Below, piece by piece: positions 54,261-64,000 of a DNA stretch of 64,000 bases (the first letter of the stretch is position 1; each line of letters begins with the position of its first letter). The translations under genes were made by a program, and so were the position numbers. The notes below the pieces were generated by a model that was not told the DNA's origin, did not search any database, and saw nothing but the letters and a program-made list of their open reading frames with translations. The stretch is from Paraspadella gotoi (Eukaryota; Animalia; Chaetognatha), in NCBI GenBank assembly GCA_051294375.1, contig CM119268.1, forward strand, positions 15,921,528-15,985,527, given 5' to 3'.

Positions 54261-54301
<41 letters not shown>

Positions 54302-57300
54302 ACTCTCTTCTCTTTTCCCTGATTTTACTTTAAAATACCTGGAGTCCAAGAAACTTTCTTAGTGCTATTTTTTAGCAGTCGAGACAAGAACTTTGATTAT
54401 AACAAAAAGGTTTTCTTTTTTCACCCGGCAGTGAGAGAGGAAGGCAGATGAGAGAAAAAGAGAGAGAGAGATCATCATCTTTCTTATATTAATAAATGTC
54501 AGCCGAGACAAAGAGAGGAGAAGAGAGAGAGAAGCCCAGAGAGCAAGAGAGAGGAGAGAGAGATGTGATGAGAAAATCTACATTTTCGCACACACAAAAA
54601 ATTTTCCGCCTACCGTTATTTTTATACTTCCGATTTCTCAAGTTTTTTCATCAAACCCTTTTTTCTTCTTTAGCAATTTTTTTTTTTTTATCAACTTCTT
54701 TTGCAATTTGCGATTACGCATCCATTAGTCTGCCTGCGACCTGTGCTGCTTGAGGATCTAATTTAAAACTAGAATATTTAATGCTAAAATAATAAAACAA
54801 AATAAAAGATTGATCTCAAGCCTCAACCACCTAAGACTGTCTCCACCACCCCGTCAGCATGGTGGGCGTCTCCGCGTGATGGAGGCCAACGCCGCGAAAC
54901 CGAAAACCACCTTCACCCCACCGCCTTCCACCGCCACCCTCCGGGACGGCGCCACTTGGACGGGCCCCTCCTCTGGCGATGACAGCGACGAGCCGCAGAA
55001 CACCGTCCGCGGCGCCGATGCTGCGCTGCTCAAGAACAACAACAGCGTCGGCTGCGGAAAGCATCTTGGCGCCGCCTAGCGCCGGAAATAGCGCCTCCGA
55101 CGAGGATTGACGCCGAGGACGTAGGCGATGACGCGTCGACAGAACCTCACTGAGATCAGCTTTCAAGAGGAAGTTGAGAGAGGACGAAGATGATGAGGAG
55201 GAGGAAGACGTTGAGCAGAGGAGAGAGGAGGAGGAGGAAGTTAGAGAAAGAGAAACATCTCTGGCGATGAGGAAAGGCGATGACGAGGGGTGAGAACCTT
55301 TTTGCGTGAATAAGTACAATTAATACAATTTTATTTAGTAGAACATTAACCAATCAAGATTTCTTTGTTCTAAATATATCGTTTTCTCTACCCATGTACC
55401 CACAGCCACGCAGAAGCCCGGCTCTCCCCAGCCCCTGTCCACCACTGAATCCCTCGGCCGACCGTCGACGGCCGACTGCGCCCCAAGAGGCTCCGAAGAC
55501 GCCCCTCCTGCTTCAAGAAAAGCAGGGGACTTGGAGAGGCTCCTGATGCGCGTTTCGCCGAACGGGGTCCGCACGGACGTGCCCAAGAGGGGGTGAGTGG
55601 CAATGAAGCTGCTGAATGATGGCGATCATTGTGTTGACAGTTTGGAGTGATATGCCTAAAAAATCATTAAAAAAAGTTAGTGCGAATAAGTATGAATACC
55701 AACAAAAAAAAAACCAAACGTGTAAAGACAAACTAGACAATTAAAGAACAACTAGACAACTAGACAACTTGACAAATAAACAAACCCGATTGTTCATTTA
55801 AGACCAAAACGAAACAAACAACACGTTCCCGTCTCCCCAGAGTCGCTCGGGCCCTCCTCGACGGGCGGGCCGGCCTCTTGCGGGCGCGCGAACCCCCCGC
55901 AGAGCGGAGGCAGAAGCGGAAAAACTTTCAGCCGCAGCGGGAATTCTTTCGGGAAGCGGAGGAGGAGAGAGGGAACGATTCGGAAGGAGAACGAGGCAGG
56001 AGATGCGGACGGAAGGAAGGAGCGGAGGAAGAAGAAGCGAGGGAGACGCCCAGAGGACGAGAGGAGGAACAGAGGTTGAGCTTTGGCCGGATTTATGTGC
56101 CGAATTAAAACTTGTGGAATGACGGTTGATGTTGAAGCAACCTAGGATTTAATAACTACTTTTTCCCCCGCTTGTTAAATCTAATGATATCTTTTTAAAC
56201 ATTCTGAAAAAAAAAACTGATTTATCCCTTCTTCCTTATTTTCCTTTTTAAAAGCAGCAGAGATCTGTCCCGATTTCCCCCGTCGCAAGGATCAACGCCG
56301 CAGAAGCAGCGGGCGCCGCGATCGACACGAGCCATAAAGCGCGACCAGCTCGGCATCATGCAGGAGCAGCTGGCGGCGATGCAGAGCCTCTACTGAACTG
56401 CCTCCACGCCGACGCCGAGTCCTGGACGAAGATCCTTCAACGAATTCCACAGTCTTAGGGCGGCCGCTGTACAAGCAGCAACAAGCCATCGCCCTGGCGG
56501 CCACGGCCATCTCGGCCGAAGAGGCCACGCGGCCGCGTCGCACCCTGCCCCAACGAAGATGACGCCCGCCGCACCCTTACGGCTCTCCTTCAGTCAAACG
56601 TTCCCTCGACGGCTCTCGCCACGACCTCCTGCCCCTTTTCCTAACATCTACGACCCGGCTCAAGCACAACGCGGGAACACCCGTCCAATGCAACCGAGAG
56701 TGGCGCCAAGACCGGCCGGCGGGGAAGCCTCCGCTGCGGGCACTCCGCGCTGGGAAAAGAGGGCTCAGGTCGCCGGCGGAAGTCATTCAGTGCCACTAGA
56801 ACGTGAGATTATGAAAATCCCATTATTTTTTTTTATGTAAATCCTTTATTTTAATTTTGCACAATCATAGCTTTTCTGAAGTTTATTTTGTGTGTAAAGT
56901 ACTTAAAACAAAGATTATAAAGAAGCATCTTTTTGAATTCCCTCCACCTTCCATTTCTTTTGACCCCAGGACTAGTATTACCCCCAACATCGCCTACAAA
57001 TTTCCATGGCATCTCATCGATCCTCTTTCCTCTCTCATAACAACAACAACAACAACAGTCAGTTCCCTTCCAATCTCTCTCNNNNNNNNNNNNNNNNNNN
57101 NNNNNNNNNNNNNNNNNNNNNNNNNNNNNNNNNNNNNNNNNNNNNNNNNNNNNNNNNNNNNNNNNNNNNNNNNNNNNNNNNAGGTGTAATGGCGCGCTGG
57201 GTCGTGAACGAGGGACTCGCGTCGATGGCGATGTGATTCTCGTTCTGAGGCCGCGCGGGCGACCTACTGGGCGACGTTGTGGATGTCCTACCTCGACCTC

Positions 57301-60300
57301 CAGAGTCTCGTTGCTCGTCCACGCCGGTTTGACCGGGCGACGTTGACCGTCTCTCTTCCTTTACTCGGAATTTCGATAGTTATGTCAGGCCGTTGCGATT
57401 TATCACTCTGTAGGGACCTTCGTAGGGTGGAACGAGTGTTGGATGAATTCCAGCTCGTTTGACGAAGACGTGCTGCGCTGTTTCGAGGTTGGCAGGTAAA
57501 TGCACGGCCGGTTGGTGGTGAGCGGAGGTCGGCGTCGGTTGTAAGCGGGCGATTTCGACTCTCAGTTTAGAAAGTTGATTTCGACTTTCACGCTGTAGGG
57601 TTGCGTCATTGAGTTGAGTGTTGTCGACGACACAGCCGGGGACGCTGATGCCTTCGCCGAAAACCATATCTGCTGCGGAGGCGCCTATGTCCTCTTTTAC
57701 CGTCGTACGAATGGCTAGTAGAGTCATTGGCAGTTTCCAAAACCACTCTTCTCGGTTCTCCCTAGCGAGGGCGATGAGTGACTCTTTTAAACGCCTGTGA
57801 AAGCGTTCAACTAGATTGGCCTGGGGGTGGTAGGCTGTTGTGGGTTGATGTTTAATCCCCCAATGCTTAGTGAGTTGGCGCCACAATGCTGAGGTAAATT
57901 GCGTTCCCCTATCCGTTGTAATTATAGCTGGGGTTCCGAACACACTTATCCAGTTTAAACTGAGAGCGTCGAGGATCGTTGACGTTAGTGTGTTGCTAAT
58001 GGGGATGGCGGCCGGCCATCTCGAGAATCGGTCCCTACTATTGTGAGGAGATGATTGAACCCGTTCGAGCTTGGCATCTTGACCAAATCGAGGTTAATGT
58101 GCTGGAACCTGCGCGGCGGAATTTTAAATTCTCCGATTTCCGGGATTGTGTGCCTGATGACTTTAGCTCTTTGGCAGTCTAAGCAATCTCTTGCCCATTT
58201 GGAGACGTCTTGTTTCATTCCTGTCCAGACGAATTTGGCGGCGATGGCTTTGCGGGTGGCGTCAACGCCAGGATGGCCAAGCCCATGTATGGTATCGAAC
58301 ACTTTTCGACGCCATGACGCCGGAACAAACGGTCTCGCCGGGCCATTGGATATGTCGGCTAGCAGGTCTTGTTCTCCAACTCTTATTTTCCGAAATGTTA
58401 ATCCGGATCTGGCGTCCTCTGCTATCTTCCGATAGTCAGGGTCTAAGGGTTGTTCCATGGCCATGCGCTCGAAATCGATCTCGAAATTAGTTAGAGAAGC
58501 AATCATTGCCCGTGCATCTTCGAGGCGGTCGGCTTTTATCTCCTTTTCTTTCGGATCTCCGTCTTTTTCCGCCGAGGCGATTGTCGACGTCGTTGGTTGG
58601 TCGGTCGTCTGTTCTGTTGGCGAGACTGTCGGCCGAGATGTCGATGGTGTTGGCGACGCTGTCGGCGATGCAATCGCTGCAGTTGCTGCTGAAGTTGCTG
58701 CAAAGGTGGTTGACGGTAAGGTGGTTGAGATTGCATTTGGCCGGGAGAGGGCATCCGCCACTACATTGGCCTTGCCCTTCAGATATCGTATGTCGGTTGT
58801 AAATTCGGCAATTACCGAGAGTTGATACGATTGACGTACCGTTTGTGGCTCTGCCTTCTTTTTAATTGCCGAGACTAGACTTTGATGGTCGGTATAGATG
58901 GTGAACGCTCGGCCCTCGACCCAATGCCTAAAGTGACGAACTGCTTTGAAAGCTCCAAATAGCTCCTTGTCAAATGGCGGCCAGAGCTTCTGATTCTTGG
59001 CTAATTTGGTCGAAAAGAAAGCCAAAGGCTCCCATCCTTTGGGGCCGCGTTGTTCCAGTACGGCGCCGACCGCTTGGTCTGAAGCATCAGTCGTGATGCA
59101 TAACTGCGCTCCTGTTCTCGGATGATGTAAAAGCGCCGCTTGAATGAGTCCTTCCTTTATGGATTCGAAAGCACGCTCGCAGTCGGCCGTCCACTTTAAA
59201 GTTTTAGGCTTCCCACTGAGGGCCTCATAGAGGGCTGCGCATCGATGAGCGACTCTGGGGATGAAACGACGATAGTAGTTAATCATCCCCAGGAATCGTT
59301 GTAGCTCCTTTATGGTTGTTGGACGAGTTGTCTCTTGAAGTGTCTGTACTCGGCCAGGTAACGGCCTGACGCCGTTCTTGTCGACCAGAAATCCTAAGAA
59401 TTCTAGCGACTCCTGGCCGAGCAGACACTTCTTTGTGTTGACTACAAGGCCGTTGGCGTCCAGCGCCTTAAAGACTCTCTCAAGGTCTTGCAGGTGCTCT
59501 TCTGGGTTTGCTGAGGCGACGAGTATGTCGTCCAGATATACGAAAGTATGCGGTATATCCCCCAATATCTGGTCCATCAGACGTTGAAAGTCTTGCCCCG
59601 CATTCTTCAATCCGAAGGGGCAGCGGGGANNNNNNNNNNGCCCAAAAGGGGTGATTACGGCCGTTTTTTTAACGTCGTCAGGGTTTACGGGAATCTGATG
59701 GTAACCCTTTAGGAGATTTTTTGAGCAAAAGCATTGTTTTTCCTTCCAGCTCGCGAATTAAAGTCCGTCAGCAGCTTGACCGGATATTTGTCGTCGATCG
59801 TTTGGGAGTTGAGGCGCCGATAGTCGCCGCAACAGCGCCAACCCCCGTCCGGTTTCGAAACGACATGCAGTGGTGACGACCACTCGGACTTGCCCCGCTG
59901 GGCGATGCCGAGCGACACCATCTTCTCCAGTTCCCGCTTGGCCACCGCTAGTTTTTCACTGTCGAGTCGGCGGGCCCTTGACTGACATGGCCTGCCCTCC
60001 GTTGGAATGGAGTGAGTAACTCCATGTTTCGGCTCTTTTAACTCGAAAGTTGGTGTCGAAAGGGAGGGAAAAAATTTGAGGAGCTTGTAATATTTCTCCC
60101 CTTGGCGATCGACAAAGCTGACGTGCGCTGTAGTTTCGGATGTCGTTGACGCCGTTGATGCTGCGATGGTTGAGTAGTCTCTCAAGTCGAGTAACAAGCC
60201 ATCCCTATGGTTTGGCGCCAAAAAGTTTTCTGCTAAAAAATCTGCGCCTAGTATATGTTGTCGAACGTCCGCGATAACGAATTCATATTGGAATTTTCGA

Positions 60301-62519
60301 TTTCCCAACTTTACTTCTCTGTTGACATCCCTAGCAGTTTATCGGAGAGCCGTTGGCCGCTTGGAGCTTCAGCTCTGGATCCGGGCCTCTTTGACGCTGC
60401 TCTTGATTTGGAGGGACAATCGAGAGGAGGGCGCCGCCGTCTACTAACCACTTCGTTCGGTCTCCCGATCGCGGATATATAGTAGATCGGAGGGCGCCGG
60501 TGATCGTTTTGACGCGCGGGGACGGCGTTCACCGACGGCGCCCCCCTCTGGCGTTTCCCTCACGTTTTCGTTGAACTTCGTCATACTTGGAGCATCCTGG
60601 CTCGCACGCCCAAGCGTCGTCGCCGAACTTCACATGCTTATGACAGAGAGTGAGTAATTTCGGTTTTGCTTTTCCTCTTGATGCTTGACCTTTTTTTCCT
60701 TTGAAGTTTTTCTTCTGCTTAGTGCCGATCGCGTTGACGCCGTCATCGTCGTCGGATTCTGACTCTGGGCGCTCCTGGCGGCTCTGTTCAACGTTATTGA
60801 TGAACGACGATGTTTGGCGAATCTTTAGATTCCCTTCATTGTCGTAGTGTCGATCGGCCAATTCGCACAACTTGCTCGCGGAGAGATCGTCGGCCTTGTC
60901 CTCTAGTTGACGGCGTACTTCGGCGGGCAATTCCCTAAGGATTTTTTCCTTCCGGATGTCGTCCACGGTCACGGTCCTTGTTCTCTCCTCAAGTTGTGCA
61001 AGCCGTTTCGAAGGTTTCATTCCGTCGATGTCGATGGTTTCAAGCATGTTGACGGCCTGTTGGCGCCGGGTAAGGCCGTACTCCTTTCTTAAATACTCAA
61101 GGAAAAGCTGCCATGTTGCATCTGTCGTTTCTCCGTACAGAAATTGGTTGATTTTCGGATCAACGTTGACGCCTATCTTTGATTCCAGATGTGCAAATTT
61201 CGATTTTGGAAGGGAGATGCCGCTCGAGTGTATGACGCCTCCACTCGCTTAATCCATATTTCGATATTTGTCGTATCAAAGTCTGGGAGGTCAGGTTTCC
61301 TGTTAGATGCTCGCTCGAGGGCTCGAGTGGCGGCGGCGAGGGCGGCGCGGAGCTCGCTGTTCTCATCGCGGAGATCATCTCTTGAAACGGCGCCGCCTGT
61401 TGCCATTTCGGCGTCTTCGAAACTTTCGCCGCTGATTCTTCTAAAGTTGAATTCCTGGGCGGCGTCGGCGAAGATCGGGGACGTTGAGCGGGATCGTAGG
61501 CCGCGTCCAAAGCCTATAGGGACTTGGAGAGTCGCGGCGGCGTTCCGCTGCTCCTCGGCGTTGCGCTGCGCGGAGCGGAGGCGTGAGCGCGGATCCTGGT
61601 CGCTCATCTAGGATTGGAGATCTCCCGTTCAATCTTCGGCGTTGTTCTTTGACTCCAGTGTTTGTTTGCGGTTAAAAGGGAAGAGATAGGGTGTGAGCGA
61701 TTGGGTGGATTGCTTAAAAACCCGATTGCCTCACCCAATCTTACCTCGAGAGGTGTTTTAATCCGCGTGAAGGTTGGCTTTGTTTTGCGTCGGTTTCACC
61801 AAGTGTGGCTAGACCCGGGGCGGTGCCAGAGCGCCGCAAGAGTCTAGGCGACCGTGCGATGCAGTCCTAAGGTAGCGCAGCGAATGACTTCAGTCAATGA
61901 GTCAGCGTATCGCAGGGAAGTGAATCGCATCACATTAGGAATAAATTGTTTACTTGTTTTTTCACAATTGTGTATCTTAGTTGATGAATATTTCTGTCTC
62001 ATTCTTTAATGTAGTTAGTTACATTGGAGAGAAGAAATAAAAACAAGTATTAAATGATTTGATGAGAACATTTATTATTGAGAGTAAAAACAAGAGTGAA
62101 AATCATTTGAATCAATCAGTTAAAGAAACAATCAAAACAATAGGTTTTTAAAAAGGCGGGAAACCATCTGGTGACTGCTGACTGATTAATATGAAACAAA
62201 AGGTTTCCATATCTGATTATTAACTCAGATGGCCGCATGTATTTAAAATGTTGCAAAGATTTAAAGATAACATTGATTTTTACTGGAGTTGGAACGATTA
62301 TTTTGACTAATTTGTTTTCTTTGATTGTTTAGATTGCGTGATTTGCTAGAATGGTTTTTAGTTTGTTTTTTTTTAAATTTTATTAATTAATTCTGAATGG
62401 TCATACCGACGAAATCCTTTTGCGCATTCTTCACGTCGGCCATCGACTCGATCGACGCGCGGAAGTTGATTTTGAGTCCAACGACGGCGACGGAGAGAAC
62501 CATGATCGCCAAGTCGAAC
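45925..62519 (-). CDS. PKD2: Polycystin-2 (PKD2/PKD2L, TRPP) cation channel, S3 to C-terminus; 7 exons: 62407-62519, 47998-48143, 47430-47686, 47009-47095, 46582-46755, 46150-46309, 45925-46014
   Basis: The spliced translation [108 protein letters not shown] aligns colinearly with TRPP S3, S4, S5, the LGD pore, S6 and the C-terminal coiled coil. All exon phases are compatible. Confidence 0.92.
46150..46309 (-). CDS. PKD2: PKD2-like exon ([15 protein letters not shown]) ending at a GC donor
   Basis: Acceptor TTGCTCAG, 160 nt (phase 2 to 0), donor AAG|GCGAGA. Confidence 0.75.
46369..46556. repeat. Degenerate CAG/CAA-rich minisatellite (AGCAACAGCAAGAGCAAAG-like units) in a PKD2 intron
   Basis: Repeated AGCAACAGCAA.. 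units are visible. Confidence 0.8.
46582..46755 (-). CDS. PKD2: PKD2-like exon (..[27 protein letters not shown])
   Basis: Acceptor CCGCCAG, donor GA|GTGAGA, 174 nt (phase 2 to 2). Resembles the LRQDLKGKGHTDAEI helix before the EF-hand. Confidence 0.8.
46838..47004. repeat. (TTTTC)n/(TTTC)n microsatellite in a PKD2 intron
   Basis: Directly visible. Confidence 0.95.
47009..47095 (-). CDS. PKD2: PKD2-like exon ([14 protein letters not shown]..)
   Basis: Acceptor CTCACAG, donor CA|GTGAGA, 87 nt. Matches NDTYSEVKSD after S6. Confidence 0.88.
47130..47420. repeat. Degenerate (ATC)n microsatellite in a PKD2 intron
   Basis: Directly visible; it produces the spurious Met/Ile-rich ORF 47039..47419. 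Confidence 0.85.
47430..47686 (-). CDS. PKD2: PKD2-like exon encoding S5, pore and S6
   Basis: Acceptor CCTCCTTAG, donor TG|GTGAGG. Contains [15 protein letters not shown] and NMFIAII. Confidence 0.95.
47998..48143 (-). CDS. PKD2: PKD2-like exon encoding S4 and the S4-S5 linker
   Basis: Acceptor GTTCAG, donor AAG|[33 protein letters not shown] compares with PKD2 [27 protein letters not shown]. Confidence 0.92.
48279..48312 (-). repeat. 3' LTR (only 34 nt visible before the N gap)
   Basis: Identical to 61804-61837 and preceded by TSD TGTA. Confidence 0.88.
48413..57081 (+). repeat. Inverted, error-rich ~8.7 kb copy of ~34395-42800 (prospero upstream region and exons A-D, start of E); probable misplaced haplotig
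   Basis: Colinear reverse complement, e.g. 48446-48530 vs 42690-42774 and 57040-57072 vs 34394-34430. Flanked by two exactly 100-N gaps, with indel density rising along the copy. Confidence 0.9.
57182..60559 (-). CDS. pol: Retrotransposon pol (protease, RT, RNase H, integrase) with several frameshifts
   Basis: PR: [13 protein letters not shown] after an indel, and ILGADFL. RT: [11 protein letters not shown] and [11 protein letters not shown]. RNase H: TDASD..AVGAVL and YTDH. Integrase: [28 protein letters not shown] and GPY motif PYEGPYRV. Confidence 0.95.
60495..60559 (-). promoter_or_regulatory. -1 ribosomal frameshift signal (G_GGA_AAC plus downstream pseudoknot/hairpin)
   Basis: Heptamer in the gag frame at 60559-60553. 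The -1 frame is open into the protease leader (..[20 protein letters not shown]). GC-rich complementary segments follow a 6-7 nt spacer. Confidence 0.78.
60529..61607 (-). CDS. gag: Retrotransposon gag with CHCC zinc knuckle (frameshifted near 61200)
   Basis: N-terminal [30 protein letters not shown], and C-terminal [18 protein letters not shown] (C-X2-H-X9-C-X3-C), typical of the CsRN1 clade. Confidence 0.88.
61788..61801 (-). other. Primer binding site TGGTGAAACCGACG (tRNA-Trp-like)
   Basis: Lies 2 nt inside the 5' LTR end (..CACA CT TGG..). 12/14 match to the tRNA-Trp PBS TGGTGACCCCGACG used by CsRN1-like elements. Confidence 0.75.
61804..62237 (-). repeat. 5' LTR (434 bp, TG...CA)
   Basis: Imperfect terminal inverted repeat TGTGGC..GCCGCA, followed by TSD TGTA, with the PBS adjacent. 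Confidence 0.85.
62407..62519 (-). CDS. PKD2: PKD2-like exon encoding S3 ([26 protein letters not shown])
   Basis: Acceptor CTCCACAG, donor TCG|GTATGA in phase 1, joining exon 48143 as G|AC. Matches PKD2 [21 protein letters not shown]. Confidence 0.88.
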
Positions 62520-63200
62520 CTGTGGAGCGTGACGAAGCAAACGATTTGTCCGGGGGCTTAATACAAACTAACGGTCCAATCGATGTACGAATGGAGGGAA
62601 TTTACTCGAGTTCAATCAAAGACGGGAAAAGATTTTTTTCTCTTAACTTAAGGGGAGGATAATCAATTTTTGGGCCTATATTCATTAGTTAGAGCTAATT
62701 TTCTACTTTCGAACGTCGAAAACCGCAGCCCTCTATCTGTTCTGAAACCGGAGATATAGAAGTTACCAATGAAATTTCTTTGAAAAATTCCTTGTCAAAT
62801 GTAGTGACGGAGGACTTTCATTTTTTGGTTACAATATCCTCTAGGTCCCACCGCATCCCTTTTTTTAATATTCCTCCATCTTCATAGTAGTCAACCGTTA
62901 AGATCCGAAGAAATTAGGAAACTTAAATGAATGAAATAATTTGTGGGCCTAAATACTTGCGATAGAGTTAGTCAAACAATTTCCACACGAAGTTGCACTT
63001 TCACGTCAAGTGTAAACGTCATTCAGACTCTAGATTTTTTTGGCCGGCCAAACGGGCGAAGTTGTGGCTTAATAATTAACTCGGTCTGGAGGTTAATTTA
63101 TTATTCGTGAAGAACTTAAAACATAGCGATGCATTTCGACTACGACGACAATAAATTTAAACGATAAGAAACGAAGAGAATCTTCGAAATTCCAAAGACG

Positions 63201-63509
63201 ATGTCATCTCGCGGATTCGTTAGACTTTTTTTTCGACGAAGAATGAACGACTCGTTCTTGTTGTCGCTTTCGTCGTGGTCGTTGTTTTCTTCGTCCGCAA
63301 TGTCGTCGTCGTCGTCATTTTCAAAATTTCCCGCTCAAATGGCGACGGGTATCCGTCACCGTCGGTCCCTCCATCACCTTTTCAACAGCAGCAGCCTCAA
63401 CAACAGGGTTGGGCGCGACGAAGAAACGATACGCGAACTTTTCGGCGTCACCGTCCAATTTCGTCACGCGGTCCACGTCTCCCCGTTTCCGGACGTCGTC
63501 ATTCCTGAG
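63201..63509 (+). CDS. 4-coumarate-CoA ligase/luciferase-like acyl-CoA synthetase, exon 1
   Basis: ATG-initiated 103-codon frame ending VHVSPFPDVVIPE|GTAAAT; SPxPDVxIP is typical of the 4CL-like N-terminus. The true start codon is uncertain. Confidence 0.72.
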
Positions 63510-63613
63510 GTAAATTTTATTTTCGAGGAACGAGAGAGATCCGGATAGCGGTTCTCCACCCTCTCTCCACATCCACCACTCTCACCACTCACCCAACCCT
63601 TCACTTTACCCAG

Positions 63614-63898
63614 ACGGACCTCTACTCTCACGTCTTCGCCTCCCTCGACTCTTCCGTCGACCGCACCTGCGTCGTCAACTACTCCACCGGCGTCCAATGG
63701 ACTCTCAAACAGATGCGCGAGAATTCGGCGCGGCTCGGATCGGCGCTGGTCAAACGCGGACTGGCCGCGGGCGACGTCGTCGCCATCTTTTCGCCGAATT
63801 CGATTGAATTCGTGGCGACGATGATGGCGACGGTTGGAGTGGGGGCGATACTCACGCCCGCCAACTACGCATCCAACGCGATGGAATTGCGTCGCCAG
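63614..63898 (+). CDS. 4CL/luciferase-like acyl-CoA synthetase (ANL superfamily), exon 2; the gene continues beyond the window
   Basis: Acceptor TTTACCCAG, donor CAG|GTTAAA, 95 codons: TDLYSHVF..STGVQWTLKQMRENSARLGSALVKRGLAAGDVVAIFSPNSIEF..GAILTPANY..ELRRQ. Not present in the ORF track. Confidence 0.9.
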
Positions 63899-64000
63899 GT
63901 TAAACGTGGATCTCCTGATCTTTTGTCAAAATTTTCGAGTTTCGAGGGACAATCACCATCACAATCACAATCAAAGGGGGCTCGGTCCGGGCATGGCTTT

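Larger units (their letters stand above)
48279..62237 (-). mobile_element. Ty3/gypsy LTR retrotransposon, CsRN1/Kabuki/Boudicca-like, inserted in a PKD2 intron; 3' region interrupted by gaps and an unrelated contig
   Basis: Identical LTR starts TGTGGCTAGACCCGGGGCGGTGCCAGAGCGCCGC at 48279 and 61804. Outer end ..GGCCGCA at 62237. TSD TGTA at 48275-48278 and 62238-62241. Domain order gag-PR-RT-RH-INT. Confidence 0.92.

Noticed and set aside
61927-61934. Alternative LTR end at ..CATCACA
   Set aside because: It is not followed by the TGTA TSD; 62237 fits both the TSD and the terminal inverted repeat.
62700-62830. Possible upstream PKD2 exon ending CATTG|GTAACT
   Set aside because: The translation (NESPPSLHLTRNFSKKFHW) does not resemble TRPP S2 or the S2-S3 loop; the region looks more like a small repeat fragment.

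Overview
This is metazoan genomic DNA, not prokaryotic. It is intron-rich, saturated with (AG)n/(CT)n microsatellites and broken by many N gaps, so most ORFs in the supplied track are repeat artefacts. By splicing exons manually I can support four real elements. (1) A prospero/PROX1-family gene on the minus strand, with exons from about 36503 to 30063. Its last visible exon ends at an ATATCCTTT minor-spliceosome (U12, AT-AC) donor at the position homologous to the Drosophila prospero twintron. The homeo-prospero domain was not found in the ~30 kb downstream. (2) The 3' part of a polycystin-2 (PKD2/TRPP) channel gene on the minus strand: 7 exons from 62519 to 45925, including one GC-AG intron. 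(3) A CsRN1-like Ty3/gypsy LTR retrotransposon (48279-62237, TSD TGTA, tRNA-Trp-type PBS, GGGAAAC -1 frameshift site with a pseudoknot) inside a PKD2 intron. (4) The first two exons of a 4-coumarate-CoA-ligase/luciferase-like acyl-CoA synthetase on the plus strand, apparently nested in an upstream PKD2 intron. Three error-rich duplications (two tandem, one 8.7 kb inverted copy of prospero between 100-N gaps) look like assembly artefacts. I found no clearly novel system. The best leads are the conserved U12/twintron site, the nested gene, PKD2 gate and EF-hand changes, and neurogenic-type motif clusters in the long prospero intron. Homologue sequences quoted are recalled from memory, not searched.
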